This document shows, one piece after another, positions 18,390 to 27,311 of a DNA stretch of 64,000 nucleotides. The stretch is from NCBI GenBank assembly GCA_963815195.1, contig CAWFGE010000014.1:96001-160000 (forward strand). The letters are read 5' to 3'. The translations under genes and the position numbers were made by a program. The DNA comes from an uncultured Planctomycetaceae bacterium. Lineage in GTDB: Bacteria > Planctomycetota > Planctomycetia > Planctomycetales > Planctomycetaceae. The notes beneath the pieces were generated by a model that saw only the letters and a program-made list of their open reading frames with translations, was not told the DNA's origin and made no database searches. Positions within the stretch are counted from its first letter, which is position 1; every line of letters begins with the position of its first letter.

Positions 18390-20528
18390 ATGAAAATCGA
18401 AAATTGGCCGCTGGACCGATTGAAGCCCTATGAGAACAACCCCCGCCAAAACCAGGACGCCGTTCCCGCCGTGGTTGCGTCCATCCGCGAGTTCGGATTC
18501 AAGGTTCCGATCATCACTGACCGAGACGGCGTCATCGTCGCCGGGCACACCCGCTATCTGGCCGCCAAGGAACTGGGCATGGAAACGGTGCCCGTGATCG
18601 TGGCCGACGACCTGACGCCCGCGCAGATTCAGGCGTTCCGGATTGCCGACAACAAGACGGCAGAGATCGCGGATTGGGATTACGACTTGCTGCCGATCGA
18701 ATTGGCGGCCCTGCAAGATCAGCATTTCGACTTGGATCTGATCGGGTTTTCCAGCGACGAACTGGCCGACCTGTTGGATCCCGGCGTGCAAGACGGGCTG
18801 ACCGATCCTGATGAAGTTCCTGAACCGCCCGATGAGGCGATCACTCAACCCGGCGATTTGTGGATCCTGGGGAATCATCGTTTGCTATGCGGCGACAGCG
18901 CGAACGCGGATGACGTAAACCGTTTGCTGGACGCCAATAGTATTCATTTGGTCAATACCGACCCTCCTTACAATGTGAAGGTTGAGCCGCGCAGTAACAA
19001 CGCCATCGCCGCGGGTCTGAGTTCTTTTACTGGCGTCAAGCATCATCAAAAGCTGGACGTCGAACGCCATCCGGAGAAAGCCCAGGCCACCCACGCGAAA
19101 CTTCGGGCGAAGGACAGGCCGTTAGAAAACGACTTCGTATCGGATGAGGAATTTGATCGGCTGCTGGATGCCTGGTTTGGGAACATGGCCCGCGTGCTTG
19201 TTCCCGGGCGGAGCTTTTACATTTGGGGCGGGTATGCCAACTGCGCGAACTATCCGCCCGTCCTGAAAAAGCACAAGTTGTACTTCAGCCAGAGCTTGAT
19301 CTGGGACAAACAGCACCCGGTCTTGACGCGAAAAGATTTTATGGGTGCGCATGAATGGTGTCAGCCGCCGGACACCAGCGTTTTGACCAGCGCAGGAAGC
19401 AGCCGGATTTCGGACTTGCGCAACGGGGACCAGGTGGTTGCGTTTTCCACGAACTGGCCCGTCGTCATTGGGTATCGGAACGGTCCCGAGGTAACGGTCG
19501 GCCAACGGCACTACGGCGGCCCTTTGTACGGCGTCACGGTGGGCAAGAAGACGACGTGGGCCACCGATGGCCATCACTTCAGCGTCAAGCTGACCGCCAA
19601 TGTGCGCAATATTTGGTGCGTATATCTGATGCGGAAAGGCGATTGGTGGCGCGTCGGCAAGACCAAGCTGCTGACGACCTGGGGTCTGGGAGTCAAGCAA
19701 CGTCTCCAGATGGAAGAGGGGGAAGAAGCTTGGATTCTGAGCGTCCACCCGGACAACCAGGAAGCCGCCACGGTCGAGCAAATCGTGTCGGCGCGTTATG
19801 GAATCCCGACGACGTTCTGGGTCGAGGCCAACACGTCGAAGAGAACGACGGCCCAGATTGCATCGATCTACGAATCGATCGATCCTTTGGCGATTCACCG
19901 GGGGGCGCTGTGGGCGTTGTCCGATCACAACCGCCGACTGAAGTATCCGCTGATTCGCGCCGGTCGAACCCGCGATAAGTTTGGCCGTCGTGTTTCCTTC
20001 CGATGTCACGTCTGCAACCTGTTGCCCGAGGCAATGGAGATTCCGGTCCCCGTAGAACGGATGAAACACCGATGGCAGCCGATTACGCACGTCGACGTGC
20101 AGCACTACAGCGGCCCGGTCTATTCGCTGGATGTCCCGAAGTATCACCACTACATCGCTGACGGGATCGTCACGCACAACTGTTTTTACGGCTGGAAGGA
20201 AGGCGCGGGCCATCAGTTCTTCGGTCCCAACAACGCGACCGACCTGTGGCATGTGAAGAAGGTCAATCCGCAGAGCATGTGCCATTTGACGGAGAAGCCG
20301 GTTCAGCTTGCGGTGCTTGCGATGCAGTATTCGTCCCGCCCCGGTGAGAACGTGCTGGACCTTTTCGGCGGATCGGGATCGACGCTGATTGGTGCCGAAC
20401 AGACGGGCCGCAAGGCATTCCTGATGGAACTGGACCCGCTGTATGCGGACGTCATCGTTCAAAGATACGAACAATTCACCGGGCAGAAGGCGATTCGCCA
20501 ATCGGTCGAAACGGAGGTGGTCCATTGA
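18390..20528 (+). CDS. ParB-N domain plus beta-class N6/N4 DNA methyltransferase containing an intein
   Basis: LKPYENNPR..IVAGHTR..IADNK (ParB); LVNTDPPY; EKPV..VLDLFGGSGST. Confidence 0.92.
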   Translation: MKIENWPLDRLKPYENNPRQNQDAVPAVVASIREFGFKVPIITDRDGVIVAGHTRYLAAKELGMETVPVIVADDLTPAQIQAFRIADNKTAEIADWDYDLLPIELAALQDQHFDLDLIGFSSDELADLLDPGVQDGLTDPDEVPEPPDEAITQPGDLWILGNHRLLCGDSANADDVNRLLDANSIHLVNTDPPYNVKVEPRSNNAIAAGLSSFTGVKHHQKLDVERHPEKAQATHAKLRAKDRPLENDFVSDEEFDRLLDAWFGNMARVLVPGRSFYIWGGYANCANYPPVLKKHKLYFSQSLIWDKQHPVLTRKDFMGAHEWCQPPDTSVLTSAGSSRISDLRNGDQVVAFSTNWPVVIGYRNGPEVTVGQRHYGGPLYGVTVGKKTTWATDGHHFSVKLTANVRNIWCVYLMRKGDWWRVGKTKLLTTWGLGVKQRLQMEEGEEAWILSVHPDNQEAATVEQIVSARYGIPTTFWVEANTSKRTTAQIASIYESIDPLAIHRGALWALSDHNRRLKYPLIRAGRTRDKFGRRVSFRCHVCNLLPEAMEIPVPVERMKHRWQPITHVDVQHYSGPVYSLDVPKYHHYIADGIVTHNCFYGWKEGAGHQFFGPNNATDLWHVKKVNPQSMCHLTEKPVQLAVLAMQYSSRPGENVLDLFGGSGSTLIGAEQTGRKAFLMELDPLYADVIVQRYEQFTGQKAIRQSVETEVVH
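19359..20180 (+). mobile_element. Intein (274 aa) in the methyltransferase
   Basis: HEW|CQPPDTSV..ATDGHHF..VYSLDV..HHYIADGIVTHN|CFYGW; removal gives a continuous AHEWCFYGWKEG. Confidence 0.9.
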
Positions 20529-20911
20529 TTTACATCGCTTCCCCATACACCGATCCCGACCCGGCCATTCGCCAAGCCCGCTACCGTGCGGCGTGCCTGG
20601 CCACGGCCGAACTGATGCGGCACGGCCTGAATGTGTTTTCGCCGATCGTGCACAGCCACCCGCTGGCGGAATTGGGACTGCCGTCCGATTGGGGGTTTTG
20701 GCAGCGGATCGACCGGGACATGCTGGTCCGCTGCGACGAACTGGTGGTGTTGATGCTGGACGGCTGGCGGCAGAGCCGCGGGGTGACCGCGGAAATCGAA
20801 CTGGCCCACGGCTACGACATTGCGGTCCGCTACGTGTTGTTGGAACGGGTGTCGGATTTCGCCGCCAGACGCGTGACGTTGGCCCGTGGGCGAAAGGCGG
20901 TGCGGGTTTGA
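20525..20911 (+). CDS. DUF1937-family protein (NDT-like fold)
   Basis: MIYIASPY..FSPIVHSHP..CDELVVL.LDGW.QSRGV.AEI. Confidence 0.8.
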   Translation: MIYIASPYTDPDPAIRQARYRAACLATAELMRHGLNVFSPIVHSHPLAELGLPSDWGFWQRIDRDMLVRCDELVVLMLDGWRQSRGVTAEIELAHGYDIAVRYVLLERVSDFAARRVTLARGRKAVRV

Positions 20912-20992
20912 AGAAACCTCCCAAGCCACAAGAAAACGCCCGCGTGTGGCGAACACGGGGCGTTACAAGGTGCCTACCCGGCGACATGCTGT

Positions 20993-21853
20993 TTACGCCT
21001 GCTGGTCGTATTTGGAGGCCAAGGCGAGCAGCTTCTTTTTGATGGCGTTCCAGTCGGGGGCCTGGCCATCGGCTCGCAGTTCGCCGTAGCGTTTGTCGCG
21101 GTTGGCCCCCTTGTACCAGCCCTTGGTCCATCCCAAGCGGTAGAACAACCGGTTGAGTTCGGTTTCGCCGACCCCGGCGCCCGGGCGGTCCCAGCAACTC
21201 CGCGTTCCGGGACGTTTCGCGTAATCCCAGGACGAGCGGCGGCGGGCCGAGACGGCCAATTCGACCAAGCCCAGGCAAAGCATGATGTAGCCGGCGATCT
21301 TGGTGGGATTGAGGCTGGCGGCGAAGCAGCGGAATTCGATCCGGTTTCTTCCCCGGGCCAGGTGGGTGAGGTTCAACAAATGGTAGCGGTCGCGTTCGCA
21401 GCGGGCTTTGGCGTCGTCGTGGTTGCCGTAGGTTTTGATGTTCTTGCTGTAGATGTTGCGTTCGCGGCGTTTCGTGCCGGTGCTGGCATAGATCCCTTTT
21501 TCGTGGTTGGCGACGAGGGAGATCAGGCGGGCCAAAGCCGCCGCATCGCCGTCAAAGGTGATCGTGATGTGGATCCCGCAGGAATGATTCACCCGCCCGC
21601 CGTGCTCTCGGATTTTTTCGACCGCCTGCAGGACGTCTTGGAGTCCCTCGTAGCCTGTGAGCTTCGGGCTGACGAATTCGCATCCCTTCCGGCCAGGCAC
21701 CAGCGGGCGGATGCTGGAATCGCGTTCGGCCTTCCAACCGTCCGGCAGCCAGGGAACTTGAATTCCGTGGTGGTACGGTCCGATGGGCGTCGTGTCCGAG
21801 TTCGGAAGCGTCGTTTCAAATTCGACCCCGAAGCAGATCTCGCTGGCATTCAT
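20993..21853 (-). CDS. Amidoligase-2 family (COOH-NH2 ligase) protein
   Basis: FGVEFE, DSSI, CEFVSPKL, NHSCGIHI, RYHLLNL, RIEFR. Confidence 0.85.
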   Translation of the reverse strand: MNASEICFGVEFETTLPNSDTTPIGPYHHGIQVPWLPDGWKAERDSSIRPLVPGRKGCEFVSPKLTGYEGLQDVLQAVEKIREHGGRVNHSCGIHITITFDGDAAALARLISLVANHEKGIYASTGTKRRERNIYSKNIKTYGNHDDAKARCERDRYHLLNLTHLARGRNRIEFRCFAASLNPTKIAGYIMLCLGLVELAVSARRRSSWDYAKRPGTRSCWDRPGAGVGETELNRLFYRLGWTKGWYKGANRDKRYGELRADGQAPDWNAIKKKLLALASKYDQQA

Positions 21854-21893
21854 GTCTCTGTCCTTTTTGGCGGAAGGTTGTTTTCGACAAGGA

Positions 21894-21926
21894 CATGTGA
21901 GCCATGTTTTCGCGGACACATCCAGC
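21894..21926 (-). promoter_or_regulatory. Conserved 33-bp promoter-like motif, copy 1
   Basis: CATGTGAGCCATGTTTTCGCGGACACATCCAGC (+ strand), 41 bp from the amidoligase ATG. Confidence 0.65.
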
Positions 21927-22084
21927 AGCGTTTGCCGAGATTCCGAAATGTTTCTGAGATTTTTTTCGGGGCCCGACGTTGGCCCGTGTTGGCCGCAAGC
22001 CGCGCATTGGCGTTTGTCCCGCGGCAACGCAAAACGCCCCACGTGGGCCAACGTGAGGCGTCGTGCGGGGGCGTTTTCGGATTG

Positions 22085-22354
22085 TTAGTCGGCGACGTCC
22101 CAGGCCCGGCCGCTGCCGTATCCGAGTTGCCGGCCTTCGCAGATGTAGATGACATCGTCGGCTTCGTCGGCTTCGTCGGGATCGTCGGCTTCGTCCTCAT
22201 CCTCGGCGTCGTTGATCTCGCTTCCCGAGCAGACGCCGGCGATCTCGTTTTCGAACGGCCAGTTCTGTTGCGTCATCAATCGCACCTCGGCGTCGCCGCC
22301 AAGTTCGTCACGGTAGCCTTCCAGGCGTTCGATCAGTTGGTTCAAAGTCATCAT
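22085..22354 (-). CDS. Small acidic hypothetical protein
   Basis: 89 aa, AGGAG RBS, D/E-rich tract. Confidence 0.7.
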   Translation of the reverse strand: MMTLNQLIERLEGYRDELGGDAEVRLMTQQNWPFENEIAGVCSGSEINDAEDEDEADDPDEADEADDVIYICEGRQLGYGSGRAWDVAD

Positions 22355-22397
22355 GAGTATCTCCTGGTTTGGGAAAAGAAATGTCGTTCAATAGGTC

Positions 22398-22430
22398 CAT
22401 GTGAGCCAGGATTTCGCGGAGACATCCAGC
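22398..22430 (-). promoter_or_regulatory. Conserved 33-bp promoter-like motif, copy 2
   Basis: CATGTGAGCCAGGATTTCGCGGAGACATCCAGC, 44 bp from ATG 22354. Confidence 0.65.
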
Positions 22431-22584
22431 GCAGTCCGCCGAGAGTCTGAGAAATCATGAAAATATTCGAGGTGGCGAATGGGCCGTCGCGTTAGCCCAC
22501 GGGGCGGAGGAAGCGAACCAAGTATCGACCAACGAGAGAACGCCCCGACGTGGGGCGTTCTGGGCGGCGTCCGGGCGTCCGGGG

Positions 22585-22788
22585 CTATTTCGCCCGGCTC
22601 CGCAGACGCTGGGCGGATCGGATTTCGACCTTCCGACCCGTCGCCTCGTTGACGGCAAGCCAGGTCGTCCGTTCCCGCCGCCGGAGCGCGTCGTAACGGA
22701 CGCGTTCTTCGATGATGCGGACAACGGTCAGCTTGCCGGAGATCTTGGCGGTGTAGCGGCCGCCGATTTGGATTTCGTGGAGTTTCAT
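22585..22788 (-). CDS. Small basic hypothetical protein
   Basis: MKLHEIQIGGRYTAKISGK..NEATGRKVEIRSAQRLR. Confidence 0.65.
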   Translation of the reverse strand: MKLHEIQIGGRYTAKISGKLTVVRIIEERVRYDALRRRERTTWLAVNEATGRKVEIRSAQRLRSRAK

Positions 22789-22845
22789 GTGAGATGTCTT
22801 TCGCTAAATGGAGAAGAAAGCAGCCGCCCCAAGGGGCGGCCGAGG

Positions 22846-23019
22846 TCATTCGCCGCTCGGAGGCACGGGCGGGTCGAACGGCGGGTCCAATTCGTCGGCG
22901 ATGGCCAGCAGGATGTCGATCAGGTCCTGCGCATCCAGCGTGCGGGATCGGCGGCCCTGGTCCAGGGCCTGCTGCATGCGGACGGTGACGTTGCGGATGG
23001 CGTCGGCGATTTCGTGCAT
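22846..23019 (-). CDS. 57-aa hypothetical protein
   Basis: GGAGG RBS; MHEIADAIRNVTVRMQQALDQGRRSRTLDAQDLIDILLAIADELDPP..; not in the ORF track. Confidence 0.6.
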   Translation of the reverse strand: MHEIADAIRNVTVRMQQALDQGRRSRTLDAQDLIDILLAIADELDPPFDPPVPPSGE

Positions 23020-23037
23020 GGTTTTACGTCCTCCGAT

Positions 23038-23637
23038 TTACGAGTTGGCTGTGAACAATCCGCGGTCGGCCTTCTTGAATCGGGAGTCGTCGCCTTTGTC
23101 GCGGATCTCCCGCATGATGGCGGCGGAGATCGTGGCGTGCGGCGTCTTGCCGCCGGGCGAGGTCCAATAGCCTTTTGCCGCCATCTGTTCGATGATGTCT
23201 TTCGCCCGCAGCGGTTCCGTCGATTCGGACAAGACCTTCGCCGCCGCGTCGAGGGCGCTGAGCTTCTTGCCATCTTTGGCCTTCGATTTGGTCGTCGCGG
23301 CCTTGGCCTTCGATTTGCTGGCCGCCTTCTTGGCGGGTTTTTCTTCCGGCTGCGTTTCGGCAGCGGCGGCGGCTTCGGCTTCGCGTTGTTCGACCGCGAT
23401 CCATTCTTCCAAGTCTTTCTTCACCAGCCGGCGGACCAGTTCGTCCAGGTAGAAGCGGTCGGCTTTCTTGGCTTCCACCAGATCATTCTTCTTCGCGTTG
23501 TAGGTCACCGTCTTGCCTTCGAACGATTGGCCGAGTTCGCCTTCGTCTTTGAGGCGTCCGTTGGTGACCACCAGCAGCGCGTGATCCTTGGTTTCGTAGT
23601 AGTTGCCCTTCGCGACTTTTTCGATCTTCTTCGTCAT
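23038..23637 (-). CDS. Protein with a C-terminal HARE-HTH winged helix
   Basis: KLSALDAAAKVL..WTSPGGKTPHATISAAIMREI..SRFKKADRGLF after an A/K-rich linker. Confidence 0.75.
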   Translation of the reverse strand: MTKKIEKVAKGNYYETKDHALLVVTNGRLKDEGELGQSFEGKTVTYNAKKNDLVEAKKADRFYLDELVRRLVKKDLEEWIAVEQREAEAAAAAETQPEEKPAKKAASKSKAKAATTKSKAKDGKKLSALDAAAKVLSESTEPLRAKDIIEQMAAKGYWTSPGGKTPHATISAAIMREIRDKGDDSRFKKADRGLFTANS

Positions 23638-23691
23638 CGTGGTGTTCCTTTGCGAGAACCCAAAAAGAAATCAGCCGGCCACGTGGCCGGC

Positions 23692-23925
23692 TTAGGAGTT
23701 TTCGTTTTGCTGGTCCCGGTCGCGGGCCAGCATGTCTTCGTGCCATTTCCAGAATTCGATTTCGTCGTCCGTGGCCAAGGCGACGCTGCGAACGGTCGTC
23801 TTCTGCATCAGTTCGGGAAACAAGTCCCGCAGGGCGGTTTCGCCCAACCGGCGGGCTTCCGTTTCGTCCGCGGCTTCGACCAGCACGTAGCGGCTGAGCG
23901 TGGCCACCCGGAAGAATCGTTTCAT
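23692..23925 (-). CDS. Small hypothetical protein
   Basis: AAGGA RBS, MKRFFRVATLSRYVLVEAADETEARRLG. Confidence 0.6.
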   Translation of the reverse strand: MKRFFRVATLSRYVLVEAADETEARRLGETALRDLFPELMQKTTVRSVALATDDEIEFWKWHEDMLARDRDQQNENS

Positions 23926-23965
23926 GGTTTGGTCCTTTCGATTCGAGATTGATCTTCGACAGGAC

Positions 23966-23998
23966 CATGTGAGCCAGGTTTTCCGAGAAACATCCAGC
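23966..23998 (-). promoter_or_regulatory. Conserved 33-bp promoter-like motif, copy 3
   Basis: CATGTGAGCCAGGTTTTCCGAGAAACATCCAGC, 41 bp from ATG 23925. Confidence 0.65.
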
Positions 23999-24030
23999 GC
24001 AGTTCCGAAACATTTTTCAGGTTTTTTCAA

Positions 24031-24243
24031 ATGTCCCAATCCCCGAACGATGGCCCGGTTTTGAACCCGCTGGCGGTGCCGATCCCGGACGCCGCCCGGC
24101 TGCTATCCCGGTTGGGCGGCAAGCCGATCAGCGAGGCGACGATTCGCAGCGACATCGATTCCGGGGCGCCGGTCAATCCGGACGGGACGTTGAACCTGGT
24201 GGAATACGCGGCCTGGCTGGTGCGTGAAATGGGGGCGAACTAA
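24031..24243 (+). CDS. Small HTH-like protein upstream of the terminase
   Basis: DAARLLSRLGG..TIRSDIDSGAPVNPDGTLNLVEYAAWL; stop overlaps the next ATG. Confidence 0.6.
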   Translation: MSQSPNDGPVLNPLAVPIPDAARLLSRLGGKPISEATIRSDIDSGAPVNPDGTLNLVEYAAWLVREMGAN

Positions 24244-26520
24244 TGGCCATTGATCCCCGCAAATTAAAACCCAGCGAATTGTGCCGGCTGTTGAATTCCA
24301 CGCCGTTGGGCGAGGTGATCAACGAACGGCAGCTGTATCGCCATCGCACGCGGGCCGGTTTCCGGATCGGCGACGGCCGGCGGATCGACCTGCTGCGGTA
24401 CGTCGCGTGGTTGATCCAGGTCCGGCACGAACCCAAGCCGGAACGCGACGCCGGCGGTTATGAGGCGATGAAGGAGCAGGCCCGTGCCCGCAACGCGGCG
24501 TTGTCGCAGTCGGGCCGGGACATCGGCGATCTGCCCCCGGTGGCCAACCCGGAACGCAAAGCGGCGGCCGCCGTCAGTTTCCGATTCTTCTGCGAATCGT
24601 ATTTCCCGCAGACGTTTCATCTGCCGTGGTCCGACGACCATTTGCGGGTGATCAACAAGATCGAGCAGGCCGTGCTGCACGGCGGGCTGTTTGCGATGGC
24701 GATGCCCCGCGGCATCGGGCAAGACGCACGCAAGCGGAGAGTGCCTGCATCTGGGCCGTCGTTATACGGCCATCGCGAGTTCGTGTGCCTGATCGGATCG
24801 GACGAAGGGCACGCGATGGACATGCTGGATTCGATCAAAATGGAATTGGACAGCAACGATTTGCTGCTGGCGGATTTCCCGGAGGTGTGCTATCCGATCC
24901 AGTGCTTGGAGGGCATCGCCAACCGCTGTGCCGGGCAGCTTTACCAGGGCGAGCGGACGCACATCAGCTGGACGGCCAAGGAGATCATCCTGCCCACGAT
25001 CCCCGATTCGCCAGCGCAGCGGCGCCATCATCAAGGTGGCCGGCATCACCGGCCGCATCCGCGGGCATGAAGATGCAAACGCGCCGACGGGCAGACCGTG
25101 CGTCCGTCGCTTGGTCGTGCTGGACGACCCGCAAACAGACGAGTCGCGCCCGCAGTCCTTATCGCAGTGCGCCAACCGCGAAAGCATCCTGGCCGGGGCC
25201 GTGTTGGGCCTGGCCGGTCCCGGCAAGAAGATTTCGGGCATCATGCCCTGCACGGTGATCCGCCCCGGCGACATGGCCGACAACATCCTGGATCGCGACA
25301 AGCATCCCGAATGGAATGGCGAACGAACGAAAATGGTGTATGCGTTCCCGACGAACGAAACGCTCTGGGCGCAGTACGCCGAGATTCGGGCCGAGGGATT
25401 GCGGGCCGGCGACGGCGGCCGAGCCGCGACGGAATTCTACCGGGAGAACGGCAGGCGATGGACGAGGGCGCGATCGTCGCCTGGGCCGCAGCGGTTCAAC
25501 CACGACGAGTTGTCCGCGATCCAGCACGCGATGAATCTGAAGCTGCAGGACGAGGCGGCGTTCTTCGCCGAATACCAGAACGAGCCGCTGCCGGAAGAAA
25601 CGATCGGCGACGATCTGCTGTCGGCCGATCAGATCGCCGGCAAGATCAACGGCATGCCAGCGGCGGGAAATCCCCATCGGCTGCAATCAACTGACGATGT
25701 TCATCGACGTGCAGCAGAACCTGTTGTTCTACGTGATCGCCGCCTGGGAAGAGGATTTCACCGGCTATGTCGTGGACTACGGCAGCTATCCCGATCAGCA
25801 GCGGGCGTATTTCACGCTTGCGGGACGCCCGCAGGACGTTATCGCACGCTGCCCCGAACACGGGCTTGGAAGGCGCCATTTATGCGGGCTTGGAAGCATT
25901 GACCGGCCAGCACCTGGGCCGCGAATGGAAGCGAGACGACGGAGCCGTGATGCGGATCGAACGCTGCCTGATCGATGCCAACTGGGGTTCGTCCACCGAT
26001 GTGGTGTATCAGTTCTGCCGGCAGAGTCCGCATGCCGCGGTGTTGCTGCCGTCCCACGGCCGGTTCGTCGGGGCGTCGAGCATGCCCTATTCGGAATACA
26101 AACGCAGGCCCGGCGACCGCGTGGGTTTGAACTGGCGGATTCCCAACGTCCGCGGCAAGCGGGCCGTCCGGCATGTGGTGTTCGATACCAACTACTGGAA
26201 AAGTTTCATCCAGGCCCGACTGGCCGTGGCGATGGGGGATCGCGGTTGCCTGTCGCTGTTCGGCAGCCAAGCCCGAAACGCATCGGTTGTTCGCCGAACA
26301 CCTCACGGCGGAATACCGGGTGAAGACCGAAGGCCGCGGCCGCACGGTGGATGAATGGAAGATTCGACCGGAACAGCCCGACAACCACTGGTTGGATTGC
26401 CTGGTGGGCTGCGCCGTCGCGGCATCGATTCAGGGCGTGATGTTGTTTGGGACGGATGCCAAACCGGTGGTGAAACGGACGCGGGTGAAATTGTCTGATC
26501 TGAAACGGGAGCGAAAATGA
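24243..26520 (+). pseudogene. Terminase large subunit (GpA-like) with an N-terminal HTH; multiple frameshifts
   Basis: AMAMPRG (broken Walker A), LVVLDDPQTD, FFAEYQNEP, MFIDVQ, CLIDANWG, DNHWLDCLVGCAVAAS spread over several frames. Confidence 0.75.
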
Positions 26521-26819
26521 AACCTTTTGACGAGGATATGATGCAAGACAAACGGCAGATCCCACCCGACGAGATGTCCGAATCCCAACGCGACCGCGAA
26601 ATCGCCACGCTCTTCGCCAGAGGCATTCTGCGGCTGCAAAAACATCGTTCTCCTTCCCGACGCAGCGACTCTGAGGAACCGCCGAAATCCTCCTCCCGAT
26701 GGCCTTGAGCTTTCCCGCGAAACGAGGCTCAGTGTCCCCACGGGTTAACGATTTCGAGAGTCGCCGCCGGCCCTGCGTTGTGGCCGGCCGGCGCCTTGGA
26801 TTCTTTTCGAGGAGATGCG

Positions 26820-27311
26820 ATGACTTTGAACGTGGCAAAAGAGTTGGCCGCCTTGGAGCGGATGACTCCCAAGCAACTGCGTGCCAAGTATGAAGAGGTG
26901 TTTGAAGAAGAATGCCGCTCCCACCATAAGCAGTGGCTGATCAAGCGGATCATCTGGCGGATGCAGGCCAATGCCGAGGGGGATTTGTCCGAGCGCGCCC
27001 GCCGGCGGGCCGAGGAATTGGCCAACGATGCGGACCTGCGGCTGAAACCGCCCCGCGATTCCGAGCCGGAACCGCGCCGGAAGACGGCGACCGCTACGGT
27101 TCCCCGCAACGAAGACGATCGGGTGCCCATGCCCGGCGTGGTGCTGACCCGCGATTACAAAGGTGAGACGTTTGCGGTTACGGTCGAGAAGGACGGCTTC
27201 GTCTATGAAGGCGAAAAATACAAATCGCTGTCCGCCGTCGCCAAGGAGATCACCGGCACGCATTGGAACGGCTACCACTTCTTCGGTCTGAAGAAAGGGG
27301 GTGCGAAATGA
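26820..27311 (+). CDS. DUF2924-family protein
   Basis: LIKRIIWRMQ..GDLSERA..PGVVLTRDYKG..YKSLSAVAKEITGTHWNGYHFFGL. Confidence 0.85.
   Translation: MTLNVAKELAALERMTPKQLRAKYEEVFEEECRSHHKQWLIKRIIWRMQANAEGDLSERARRRAEELANDADLRLKPPRDSEPEPRRKTATATVPRNEDDRVPMPGVVLTRDYKGETFAVTVEKDGFVYEGEKYKSLSAVAKEITGTHWNGYHFFGLKKGGAK

Noticed and set aside
19122..21278. 718-aa minus-strand ORF and similar long antisense ORFs (e.g. 50739-52490, 32517-33893)
   Set aside because: Shadow ORFs opposite well-supported genes in GC-rich DNA; no motifs
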